Below, piece by piece: positions 19,551 to 35,122 of a DNA stretch of 64,000 bases; the first letter of the stretch is position 1; every line of letters starts with the position of its first letter. The position numbers and the translations under genes were made by a program. The DNA lies in assembly GCF_009914755.1 (NCBI RefSeq), contig NC_060929.1. One strand, given 5' to 3'. Under the pieces are notes generated by a model. The model ran no database searches. It had not been told where the DNA came from and saw only the letters and a list, made by a program, of their open reading frames with translations. Origin of the DNA: the human T2T-CHM13v2.0 reference genome, Homo sapiens.

Positions 19551-19889
19551 AATGGCTATGTTCAAACAGATGAATGATAACAAGTGTTGGCAAGGATGTG
19601 GAGAAAAGGGAGCCCTTCTACACTGTTGGTGGGAATGTAAATTAGAACCACCATTATTGAAAATAGTATGAAGGTTCCTCAAAAATCTAAAAATAGAACT
19701 ACCATAAAATCCAACAATCCTACTTCTAGGTATACACCCAAAGGAACTGAAATTGGTACATCAAAAAGATATTTGCACTCCCATATTCATTTCAGCTTTA
19801 TTTACAACAGCCAAGATATGGAAGCAATCTAAGTGTTCATCAAGTGTGCATAAAGAAAATGTGATATATATATATATAAAGATTATACA

Positions 19890-20171
19890 GGCCGGGCGCA
19901 GTGGCTCAGATCTGTAATCCCAGCACTTTGGGAGGCCGAGGCGGGCAGATCACAAGGTCAGGAGATCGAGACCATCCTGGCTAACATAGTAAAACCCCAT
20001 CTCTACTTAAAAATACAAAAAATTAGTGGGGCGTGGTAGCGGGCGCCTGTAGTCCCAGCTACTCAGGAGGCTGAGGCAGGAGAATGGCATGAACCTGGGA
20101 GGCGGAACTTGCAGTGAGCCGAGATCACACCACTGCACTCCAGCCTGGGCTACAAAGCGAGACTCCACCTC

Positions 20172-20200
<29 letters not shown>
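19890..20200 (+). mobile_element. Alu (AluY-like) with long pure A-tail
   Basis: gagatcgagaccatcctggctaac, agaatggcatgaacc; TSD aaagattataca/aaagattacaca. Confidence 0.97.
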
Positions 20201-20202
<2 letters not shown>

Positions 20203-20790
20203 TTACACAGCCTTATAAAAGAAAGAAATTCTGTCATTCACAACATCATGGAATGGAACTACAGGACATTATGCTAAGTGAGATAAGTCAGGCACAGAAA
20301 GACAAATATTGTCTTTAATAAATGATCTCACTTTATGGGGAATCTAGAAAAGTCGATCTCAGAAACAGAGAGTAGAAAGGTGGGTTACCAGAGGCTGTAG
20401 AGGAGGAGGGAGAGAGAAATGGAAGATGTCGATCAAACAGTACAAAATTTCAGTTAGATTGGAGGAATAAGTTTTAGTGATCTATTGCACTGCATGGAGA
20501 CCCCAGTAATTAATAACGTATTATATGTTTTACAATTTCTAAAATAGATTTTTGACATTCTCATCACAAAAAGATAAATTGGTGAGGTAATACAGATATG
20601 TTAATTAGCTTTACTAAATCTTTCTATGATGTACACATTTTAAAAATCACATTATACCCAAGAAATAGATACAATTAATATTTGTCAATTAAGAATAATT
20701 GACAAATAAATTTTAAAGATTAATAAAAAATACATTAAGTTAAAACATTCAACATATAATAGCAGATATGAATGTACACAGAAATGACAA

Positions 20791-21086
<296 letters not shown>

Positions 21087-24000
21087 TTAAAGAATAGAAA
21101 AGTCATGTTTTTCTTCTAAGAAATATTATGTTTTTACATTGCAAGAAATATGTGACACAGAGTTTTTCTTAATCTCTCTTTTTTAGTATATTCTAGACAG
21201 GCAAGCACATGCAATTTATTGAGCACCCAGTGTGTGCTAATGCACCAAACGGAGCTTTACATACATTATAGCTAATGGTCTCAATAACTTTTTCATTTTA
21301 TTTTCCCCTTTCATTATCGCCACTTATAAATGAAAAAACTGAGCTCCAGAGCGGTAAGGCCTATTGCCCAAAATATTAGATAGGAAACAACAGAGCTGGA
21401 ATTTGAAACCAAGTTTGCCTAATGAAAAACATTTATGTTCTTTTCACTGTACAAAGCTGCTGTAAGTATCACTGGTGCCTACTCCAGGCCAGGGAGTAAA
21501 TATCATTCATCCTTATCACATACAAAGTATAACAAAACAAAAACAAGAAGCTCTGAATACTAAATAATAATAATAAATACTTTATAAAAGATAAACTATT
21601 CTCTAAGAGTAAAAGATAATAAACCTATTGTCATTGTAGTTGGTCACTGAACTTAACTAATTTCCTAATGGACGCAGCAGAATTGTTTGTTGTTTAAGCA
21701 AATATCAAGGCATACCCCCCAATCCCTGTTACAGGGAATAAAAAAAGTCTTCTTCAAATGCCTTTCAAAACTAATGTGAATATTAAAATAAAGTGCTACT
21801 GATCTCTCTACATTCTAGAAAGATCTCAGACTAACAGTGTCAATTAAACTATTACAACAAATAGCCATGTAAAAACTGCTCCCCTACTAGAGCTACGCTA
21901 TCACAAAATTAACCCCAGCAATCTACAGTTCTAGAAAAAGAGTTGGTCCCTCCTGCTGAAAAAGAGAAAACCAAACCCTACATATTTTGTGAATCCACTG
22001 AAAATAATGACATAAACAGCACTGCACATCCATCATGTATTTATATCTTAAGTGATAGCTACAGTCTATGTAACTATCGCAGAAATCTTCTTAAACTGAA
22101 CAAAAGCATTATCTATCATCCTTTCTCTCTAGAAAAATACCAGTTTGTTTAATCTACCCATAACATTAGAAAAAATACTTCTTTTATCATGGGCAATCCT
22201 TATGTTTCGGAATTTTTTTCGAAAACGTAGACAGTTCATAATGCTCTCAGACAGAAGTTACCACTACTACCCCAAATATTAAGTCAAAATGTAACTGAAA
22301 AAAAGAAATTTATCTAGTAATGATTAATTTATTGAATAATTAAAAATTAGGAGTTTTTGATAATTAAATGTTGGGAATAATTAAACTTTCACTAAATACT
22401 GGCACAGGAACTGAACGGATGACAACAGAGACAAGTTAAGATTTGTTTTAATCCTAAGTTTTATGCTAAGGTAACATCAAGGGCTCTACTTTTCAGTGAA
22501 AGAAAAATTTCCTTTAAAATTGTTTCCCTCTTCCATTATTACTTAAAAGCAAAGAAAGTATTTTTTCTAACAGTGATTATAGGATTCTCAATCTTTCATA
22601 TTAACTTTAAGGTACTACATGTAAGCTACATAAATCTTTCCCAAATCTACCTTTATTGAGTAGATGAAAAAGCAGATATCGAACTCAAAACATCTAAATG
22701 TTGATTTTCTATAATTATAGAAGATATTTTCTTTTGAAATTTAAAGTTTGTATTTAGGCATATTAACACTTTTTTAATCTAAGATTTAATATGTTAATGT
22801 AGAAAACAACTGAGGCTGTTTTCTCTCTATAAAACTAACATGCCTTTTCCAATTAACTTAGTTTCCTTCTTAGCAAAAGTTTAACATTTATATCTGTTGA
22901 GTTACATTGTAGTTGCATAATGTGGAAATATCTTAAGATTTAGCCACTTCTATGAAGATCCTATATTTGTTATAACACCCCTCTTGCCCAGAAGAAAATA
23001 CATCAACAAAAAGTCCTACTATATGTTCTGCATTGACTATTACAAAGCAGTAGGGGGAGCAGCCAGAGAAAGCTCTGAGACAAAGCACCCAGCAAAGCAA
23101 TTTAATTTATAGGCAACAGAAACATGCTAGAGAGGTTTGCCAAAAGCCAAATACACAAAATAAATTCCATAAAGAAGTCATGACCACATTTGTAAAGCTG
23201 GCCTAAGTATATTTGGAATGAAGTATAGAAAAATCTGAAGTCTCTTAGAAAGGGTCTGGATTCTAACTTCAAGACAGACTTTCAGCTTGAAACACAGTCA
23301 TTTCCAGCCATGCCAAACCTCAAACTGCCCCCAAAATTAGAGCAGAAACAAAATACATTTTTATAGTGATATGTCTTGGGAATAACTCAAAATGATTTCG
23401 TTTTCTCCTTTGAACCTCACTGAACTTACAGGGAAGGCCTGGTGAAATGTGCATTATTAGGTCACAAGAGGATAACGTTACAGGGTTCCATAGCATAATC
23501 CTTGAAAGCCCTGAGGCCCAGGCCGCTGTCCTGCTCTCCTCTCTACTGACTCCCATCCTCAATATACTTTCCATGAGAGAAAGGTAACCAAAAACATGGT
23601 GAAACTATTCTGCTTAAAAGGTGTTTTACTGAAAAGGCACATTGACCACTAACCCTTATTACATTTCACATGTTCTAAAAATTAGTAAGGTCTGCATTTT
23701 CAGTTTTAGAGTAAAACAGGAAAAGTACTTAGTTAGCTCTTCTGTCTGGCATTCTGTAACTGGAATTTAAGAAAAGCCTAAACTTCTAATTAGAACTTCA
23801 GAATGTTCATGTCTGTATTATACCACAAAAACTGTAAATATAATTTAAGCATTTTTATGATACAGAAATGTGTGCTATAGACAGTTATCTAAGAATTATA
23901 AAAATCCATCAAACTTGAAGTGTCTGGTATAAATTACAACCGAATGGTAAAAAGACATTTTAGCCACGTAGGCAACCAATGAAGTTTGACCTAAAACCCA

Positions 24001-27000
24001 AATAATAGCAATAACAACAGATACAGTGCCTACTATTGTCAGATACTATATTAGCTAGCTCTTTTGTATATATTCTTTTGAACTCTTACACTGACTTTTC
24101 AAGATAGTTATTATGGTGCCCATTGTATGCTAAGGAAACTGAAGCTAAAAAAAATTGAAGTCATTTCTCTAATGTAACTCCATTAGCAAGAAACAAAACC
24201 ATAATTCAACTTCCAGGTTTGCCTGCCTCCAAAGCTTTGAGACCTCACTAAAATTACCCTCAATTGTAGCAATGAGGTTCCAAAGGAAATCTGTACAAAT
24301 CTCAGGCAGATTAATGTGCTTATAAGGGTAAATGCCATAGATTTAATCACTCAAATTAAATGCCATCTGGAATCTCTTACCCTACTTGGTACAAGCATCC
24401 TACATGTGTTACAGCCAACCCTAGCCTTGGCCAAGAATTCAATAATTTTTCTGCTTCAATGCCATCAACAAGCAAGAAACATATATAATACCAATACAGG
24501 AAATACAGCTAGTTGCTCCTAGAGCATCATTTAAAAGCTGCTAATTGGCTAAGATGCCTTTTATTGAGAAGTCTAAGAAACAGAAATAATGTGTTAACCC
24601 AGTTTGTTAAATGGGTTTGAGGAATCAGTTTCCTCCTTCCTAATACCTAAATCCATCTCCATAATAAGTATTCTCTATCACCATTTAAAAATCCTGATCT
24701 CTTACTAGTGTTTTTATTGTGCTTTTCAATCTGTTAGAGTAAATTTTTTAAAACCTCAAGAGAGAACACAGAAAACTGTCATAATTTTTCAAAGGCTAAA
24801 GGAGAATAAACTGAAAATATCAGTTTGAACACGTGTATGTAAAAAGAATGGATGGTAATAAAACTAACAACTGAAAAGCAATGTTTCTGACTCATTCATT
24901 CATACTCAAGAAATATCAAATAACTGAGTGGAGATGATGCAAGCTGTACACATTTCCAGTTCAGACTGAAGGTGTGGCAACACTCACAGGGGCCTTCCGA
25001 TCAGCTGCTCCAACTCAGTTTACAGCTTTTGTGGATGTGGCTTATTCATGCCCTTGTTATGAAGAAGAAGGGTAACTTTACAACCTTTAGCAAGAGCTTT
25101 TTTTTCTTTCTGTGCTAACCCTTTTTTGTCTATAACAGTCATGTAAGCTTAGCACTGATTTAGAAATAAATAAGTTAAAGAAGACACGAATGGCTTGGAC
25201 ATTAAAAGTTTAAGCAACAGCTTAAGCTGAGCTAAGTTTAATGTTAAAAATTAGTGTGACAGCAATAATTTTTCAATTCAGCTCTGTCGTGGGCTAGGAA
25301 AAAATATCCTAATTTTTCAGCCACAAGACATAAACATTGCTAGAATGACTACATTTTGAAAAAATTATCTTCTCACTTTACCTAGATTTCATTTTAACCA
25401 AACAGACCAACCTCTCCTATTAAACCTGTAAATTAACTCAAAGTCTAATCTGGGGCCTTCATAATAAAGATTTTTTTTTTAAATCCCTGTCTTATCTGGT
25501 GCCTTTAAAAGAAAGGAATCATTTTAGGCAATTATTATGACCTAAAAAATTTTTAAATCTTAACGTATAGATTAATTCCTTGACAGCTGAAGTCATTTAC
25601 AATACATTATTAAATTTCACATTCAGTTTTAAATCCAAACATAGATCTCAACATTAAGAATATGGATTTTAGGGAAAGTAACTAGCTGCTCAAATTCATT
25701 TAGCTGAAAAACTACTGTCGAATCACCTTGAAAACATACACTAATGCTTGCACATTGCTAAGTGGCTTTTGATTCTGCTCTTCATTTTCTTACACAGCAT
25801 CAACCACACAATAGAATTAAGAACTCAGGCCCATGGCAAAGTGCTCCCATTTAGCAGTTAGGACACTGGACATATTCAGCATATGTCTACTGCTATTGAG
25901 AATCAAATTATGAAAACAAACTATATTTTATAAAACTAAGAATTTGTTACTCAAATGAGAATAAAGGTGCCTAATGCCACAGCAGGGGGTAAAAGTCCCA
26001 GTAAGAGAGCAATAATTGGTCATTCTGATGAGGAGCTGTGCCAAATTTAGAAATGAGGCACAAATGACAAAAAAATTGATCATCAGTGTGGACATGGGTA
26101 GGTCAGTGTGCATATGGGTAGGTTAGTATCTGCTGGCCGTGTCTACAGAGCCCCTTTTATTTATTTGAAGCCAACTTTTCACTTGACAATGCTACCTACA
26201 AAAGCACTGTTAATAGATAAGACAATCAAGTGGCTGTTATGCCGTGGCCTTTTTGTAAAAACTGCATGAGAACAGGTGGGATAAAAACCATAGAAAGGTA
26301 GAAAAAAAAAAGCATCACTCATTTAAAGATATGTGCACATAGATGAACTGTAAGATAATATAACCTTCTTGACCTTGTAAATAGGTGGCCAAAAATACTT
26401 AAATATCTGGACGAGGCAACTATTACTAATTGTCTCACAACATTATCAGTCCTTACTGGCTGAATCCTTCAGCCATCTGCATACGACATGCACAGGCAAA
26501 TAGCCACTAAAAACATACACAATTCCAATTATCTCCTTGCATAACTAAAGACAAAAAGAACAGGAAATCCAAAAAATACAGCAAAACTGAAAACACTATA
26601 CCTTGCCTTCCGTGCTATTTTAAGGCTGTCCCAGGCTGAAGGTTACTTCTCAGCCCTCAAAACTCCATTAACTGCCAAGACCAGCACCTTAGCACATATG
26701 GCACAGATGCCTAGTTGAAGCCTCCTTGTACTAAATGACCTCAAAAAACTGGGCTTTCTTTCCAAGATTAATGGAAACAAAAGTAATGATCATAAGGAAC
26801 CTTCTAACTCTGTTAATGTTTCCTGCGGATATGTATGGCCAACTGAATATATAAAGGCTCAGTTCTTGCGGGGTACCCTGACAACTAGATGAATTAGGGT
26901 GAAGGTTCCAAGTTCGATGAACTCTTCTGAGTTTGAGTGCCCTAGGTGGTGACATTCAAGTGATTTCACAGACATCCACCAATTCTTATTTTCAACCGGG

Positions 27001-27251
27001 AATCCCAAGAACACCTTTAAACATGCAATGCCCATGGACCCTACTGGGTTTCTGCTGCAAGGGCTCAGTGTTACTTAGGAACCCTGTGTCTTGGGAGATA
27101 CTTAAATTTAGCACGTCAAATTGCTTTTGGAAAATGTTTATCTGGCGTGACTAGGGGAGGCAAAGCAAGGAAACAGGAACCTCCCTCTAAGGAGCAGAAT
27201 AGCCAACATGCAGTAAGCCTAAAAAACCTCTCAATTTATTTCCCGGGGCTA

Positions 27252-27791
<540 letters not shown>

Positions 27792-30700
27792 CTAGCGGAT
27801 GGCGAGGGGGTGGCGAGCGCGCTTGGGTGCCCGCCCCGCAGAGGAGCGTCTGGTCCACAGCCGGATCTCCTCGGTCCCCAACCCGGAGCCGCGGCCCCAC
27901 GCCCGCCCCGCCTGCCGAGCCTTCTGCACGGCACTTGAAGTGAATGAATCAGCCGCGGCCGGGTGCGCGGCCACCACGTTTCCTGTTTTCTTTCTCAACT
28001 CCTCGGGCGGCAGGCGCAGCGCGGCTCCAACGCCGCAGCTTTCCGGGAACACTCCCCCTCACGCCCCTCTCGGCCCTCGGCGCTGCCTGGCTCCTCCTCA
28101 ACCCCCTTACGAAAAGATTCCGAATTGCAAAAGCCTGTCCCTGTCCGTGCCACCCGCCGCGTCCTTCCCCTCGAGCTCTGCCCCGGGGGCCCTGCCACCT
28201 CGCAGTGCCATCCCCCCGGCGCAGCCGGGCGCCACTCGCTTTGAAGTGCAGACGAGGAGGCGCGGGCGCGAGCGTGTGTGTCTGTGGGGCTGCTGTGGGA
28301 CTGTCTGTGCTAGGAGAGCGGCGGAAAACCCGGCGTGGAGCGCCTGCAGTCCGCCGTCCGGGGTCGCGCCCGCCGCGGGGCTCAGGAGGGACCGGCACGC
28401 AGGCGCGCACGGCCGCGCACCTGTCTCGCTAGAACCCCGCGCGCCCCGCCGAGCCACTGCCCTCCAGGTTGCCCAGACCGCTGGAGCCTCTGCGACTCCA
28501 CGACCGGCTGCTTCCTGCGAAGTTTCACAAACAAGGTTATTTAGGACCCTCAAGGTTTCTGAGGGTTTAAGTTTTAGGGTTTCTGGGGGTTCGTTTCTAA
28601 AGGCTTAGGATTCACCTACTTCAAGGAGGCAGGGTTGTGGGAATTAAGACCGCATTCTTTTTCTACCCAGCCCAGTCCCTACTAAGTACCAGACTTCTAA
28701 ATGTTGGGGCGGACAGAAACAAGCAAACAAAATATACAATGTTGTGGGGTCGGAACGCTTTATAATTCACAAATTTGACAATAGGCTGCATTTTCATATG
28801 CCGAATTGCCTAAGAGTTCTCTTAAAGGAACAGCAATGTGAAAGAACCACATGGTAAGGAGAATTTACGCATGTCCTGCATACTACTCCTTTCCCCTGTG
28901 AATTGCATAAGACCTAGATGATCTTGGGCCAAGGAAGAAAATCTGGAAGGGTGTTTCTACCCACCATGTGCAGAGTACACTACAATTTTGAGAAAACGGA
29001 AAGACCATATTCAAAGGCATACAGAAAAGCCTGTTCTGTTTACAAAGGCTGACCCAGGGCACCAGGGACACTGTCCCTAAGCAGATCAGTTGTGGGAGAA
29101 CTTTTCTACATTAGCATGCAATAAGCAAACCATTCATAGTGAGGAGAAGTCAAACTCCCAAGGGTCCATTTGATAAAACTTTGTCATTGTCGAGTGGAAA
29201 GAAGATACTGAGAAACTTACACTAAGTGGTGGGATCCCTTGTCTTTGTCTTTGAATCTACAGGTATTGGAGAAGAAATTCTGCCCTTGAAATTTAGACTC
29301 CATAAATTAACATGGCACAACAAATAAAGTTCATGGACTGAATTTAGGCTCCTGGGATTTTTGAGATAGCTTTTTATGTGAACTTTGTAAAAGTTAGAGT
29401 AACTTTTAAAGTAGTTGTTACATGTGCCACGTGGCTTATTGTTATCAAGAATACTTGAACTATTTACTGTTCACTTTGAGTACTCTAGGTTAAAATTTGC
29501 CTCTTTTTTGTTCTACTTCCTCCACCCCGCAGTCTATGTAAATATATACTTTAGATGGACAAACAACTGCCTAAACCTTGCCAGGTGAATTAAAGTTTCA
29601 GATTGAATCTTTTTTTTCCCCCTTAACAAGCTTAAAGATATTAATAATTTTAAATGGTAAATATAAAATACCTGCTCTGTATAGCTTCCCCAATTCTAAG
29701 AATGTAAAAAATATTACATGCTTGTTATAAAAATTGAAGCATTACACACAAATATAGGAAGTCCATTGTAACCCCACACCCTAAAGATCACAAACAATAC
29801 TTTCGCCTATGGCTCTAACACAATCATTTTCATTTTACTGAATAACTTCCATATGCAAGTATAGCATCACCTAGTTGCCATGGTAGTGCATCTACTATAT
29901 GGTTTGGTTTTGATATTTTCCTCTCTCTCTCATTCCCATAATATAGGAATGTAGGAAATTTTAAGAGGACATTGACTTGTTTTATGATCATTTGAGCTGT
30001 CCATAGTTAGCCTATCCAGTGGATTAAAGATGCATAACCATTGTGTCTGGGATTTGTTCAGTGCCATCTTTTCAATCATTGGTTACAATGAAGCTGGGAG
30101 TCCCCTCTGAGGTTCGGCTTTCTGTGGCTCCTCTCCCCTGCACTCCAACTTTCTCAAAGCCTGAGCCTCAAGTGATTTCCCAGTAGTTAAGTAAACTGCC
30201 CCCTTCCTCCATCTTCACCAAGTTCCCAAAGCTTTTCAGACTCAGGCTTCAAATCTAACAGGATGTGGCTCCACACATTATATTTCAGTTGTTATTTTTT
30301 AATGTGGAAAATAATTCAGGAAAGTTTTGGCTAATGCTTCAAGACATCATGCACTTTATACACAGGATTTGTTCTTAAGAAGGTAGTATAGTGACAGGAG
30401 GAACAATTTACTTCAGAATATCCATTTTATGTCCAAGCCATGCACCAGCCACTTTTGACAGACAGGATTTGAGTATGATGATAAAATGGGGTAAGCATAT
30501 ATTTTAAGTTCTAACATCTGTATAAATAAGAAAAATGAAAAATCACTGGAACACATCTACATGCTAGTGAGAAAATAATTACTAACAGAGTAAAGTTTGC
30601 TCTGTGAAACTGTTGCTCAAATAAAGAATTATTCTTGATATTAGCATAGAGCTGAGAATATTGCTTTTTTCCAAATTCCTAGGTGAGTAGGCAATATAGC

Positions 30701-31706
30701 TAGCCACGATTTTTCAGGATCATTTGTAAAGCTTCACTTTTAGGAATTTTAACCCCAAGTGTTCTAAGACATCAAGTAACTGACCTTTTCATCCCGCCGA
30801 ACAAACCTCAAAGTGGAGTTGCCAACTATCCCACAGGAAATTGAGTCACCACACCAAGCAACACACCTAAATGTCGACAGCTAGCAGGACAAAAACAGTG
30901 AGCCAGTTTAATTTTGGCTTTTACCAAGAACACATACTGCATTCATTAATAAAATACTTCCCCTCAACCCCTGCCAGAGTAGTATACACTGTGGCTCTCC
31001 TTAAAAATACATGAAAACTCTTTAACTGCACCAAATCTTGCTAAGTCAAGGAACTAAACAGAGAAAAACACCCAAGCAAAAACTATTGGCTAAACTCCCT
31101 AAAGGCTGGGAGAGGGCTATGGAACAGCAACTGAGAAATAAATTGAGCCTTGAAGGCCCCTGCTACAACAGCATCAGTTTTCTTCAAGGCACCTTTGAAC
31201 TATGTAACACCCGCATTCTGCTGAGGCTCTTCTGTGAACAAACAGTCCTCAATTCTTGCGGGCCAGCACTTGGCTTCTGTCACAGTGATATGCTTAGAGG
31301 TTCCCCTGACACATGGCCTGAAACTGTGCCAGGGGCTCCAGGAGAAGATGCTGAAGAAGCAGCTTCCTTTTGAAAAAGGAAAAAAGTAATCACCTCAGAG
31401 CCACAGCAGTTAGCTAGAGGTTGAGGTCATTTTTTGTGAAATGTTCAGTCCATTACTCTTACCCACAACTCACAGTGATGTTGACCATTGAGGTAAAAGG
31501 ATCCACTGTACGGGATGTGTAACTATGTGGACATTAGTTTCTTTGCCAACACTTGAAGGTCTGCTAAAGGACTGTATCGGCTTGTCATAATTCCTAGATA
31601 GACCTATTGGTATACATGAAGAGAACAAGTCCAAAAAATACCACTTATTTTGGACACTATTTGTATGCCCTTAATTTAAAAAAAAAATACAAATTATAAC
31701 AGCTGA

Positions 31707-32784
<1,078 letters not shown>

Positions 32785-33737
32785 CTGATCCAGATTTTTT
32801 AAAAATAAAAGAACTACAACAAAAAGCTCCTAAGAGCAAATACTTAAATCTCCCTAACCAGTTCCAGCTTCTCTTCTCTTAATTCTTACAAAATTTCCCC
32901 TTTGTTCTAAGGAAGGAATTGATACTGTCTACAGTAGATAGAACTGGAAAAAATGATTTCTGTTTCACCGTGTATTGCTTTGAGCTAGTCATTCCTTTAG
33001 TTTGCTACAGTAAAAGATTTGTGTAGGTTAGGTCTAACTTTTGCTGACTTAATTTTTTTTCCTCTATACATTTTATCTGATGGGAAATACATGAAGGCTT
33101 TGGATTCTCTTTCAATGTGTACATGTAATAGGTTTAAGCAGAGTTTGCTAGTGGCAAGCTGCTCTCATCTCCAAGTGTATTTCTGGCATCAAATTATTGT
33201 TTTGAAGTATTTTAAAATTGTATAAAATATATAAAACTTTATTTAGTACTTCATAAAGCTTCCAAAGGAAAGATGTGTGCAATTTTGTGACGGTTTTCTT
33301 TTTCTTTTATCTTCTCACTAACTACAATTGTTTTTCCGAATGTTGCCTATGCCTCTAGTAGAATTTTTATATGAAATAAACATGAGGTTGGCTTTCATTG
33401 ACTTTTAGTCCCACCAGTAACTCAACATTTATTTAGCACTGACTATGTGCCATGCACTTTATTAGAGGCTGCAGAAACAAGATGATGAAAAGAGTGTGTC
33501 CCTTACCCAGAGTCCAGCAGAGGAGGTAATTTCAGCAAACAACTGTAGAGTGCACTCTCACAGAAGGAAGCATGTGGGCTATGGGACAGTAAAAGAGGAC
33601 TATTTAAATCAGACAGGGACAGAGGTGGAGTGGGAAAAGGCTGAGTCCTCAAGAATGAAATAAAAGAGAGTGGGAAGGATTTTTAAGAGAAAAGATGAGC
33701 AAGCACACAGACCTATGATGAACAAGATGTCTGTGTC

Positions 33738-34045
<308 letters not shown>

Positions 34046-34732
34046 GATGTGTGTGTCAAAAAAGAAATAACCATGAGTAGGGCCTTGCTTAGGGGAACAG
34101 ATTCTGGAGAAATCTGAGAAATCCTCAGCCACTGGCCATCTCAAAGACTGGCCATGTCAGGCATCTGCAGGTAGGACTATATCTTCAAGAGTAGGAGTCA
34201 CAGAGTGACTCAGAGTACTGTGTGACATGGGATCTGATTTTATTTTATATGGAAAATTCTAGTGCTATGCAATTAATGGAATTGAAGAAAGTAAAGTTGA
34301 AGTCAGTGCAACCATTATCTTTGACCATATTAAGAATAAAATTAAATAACTTATAGACCATTTGCTTCTCTGACGATTATTCTTATCTAAGACAATCTCT
34401 GTATTAAAATCCTACGCAGACATATGTTCCCACAATATGTCAGGTATGAACAGAAGGACTGCCCAATGTGACTTGAAAGGGAGTGGACTTCTTGCTCTTA
34501 AAAACTACAACCTTGTAGTCACTAACTTATTAATCATACTGTAATAAGATGGAGAAAAAAACAATGGAATTCACCAGAATTTCTTTCACGAGAGTCTGCC
34601 TGCATTAAAATGTTCGATAAAGCTATTTATGACAGAAGGTGAGACTTTGAAGAGCTTTGGTTTGGGTGGAACTAATCTGTGCCTCATCTACACAGGAAAG
34701 GGGAGGAATATGCCAGTTGCTAGAGAGGGAAT

Positions 34733-34885
34733 ATGTATGTGTGTGCATGTGTGTAAGTGCATGAGAGAGCGAGAGAATGTGTGTTTGTGCACATGCATGT
34801 GTGTGTGTGTAAGAGAAAGGAGTCAGCTTGGTCTCTGTGTGTGCATGTATGTAAGGGCATGAAAGAGTGAGAGAGAGAGAGAGAA

Positions 34886-34919
<34 letters not shown>

Positions 34920-35122
34920 TGTAAGAGAAAGGAGTCAGCTTGGTCTAAAGGGTAACTCCAATTTGTACATTTTTCCTTTCTCCCAATCATCAATAAGGTT
35001 ATTGAAGATGTGTGTGTGTGTGTGTGTGTGTGCATATAAGAGAAAGGAGTCAGCTTGGTCTAAAGGGTAACTCCAACCCGTGCATTTTCCCTTTCTCCCA
35101 ATCGTCAATAAGGTTACTGAAG
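34733..35122. repeat. Compound (TG)n/(GA)n microsatellite with ~112-115 bp tandem duplications
   Basis: taagagaaaggagtcagcttggtct occurs at 34810, 34922 and 35037, each preceded by a TG tract; 34922-35007 and 35037-35122 are near-identical 86-bp blocks. Confidence 0.93.

Noticed and set aside
34810-35061. CRISPR-like array (25-bp repeat three times at near-regular spacing)
   Set aside because: Human intron, no cas genes; the spacers are related to each other and made of TG/GA microsatellite, so this is tandem duplication.
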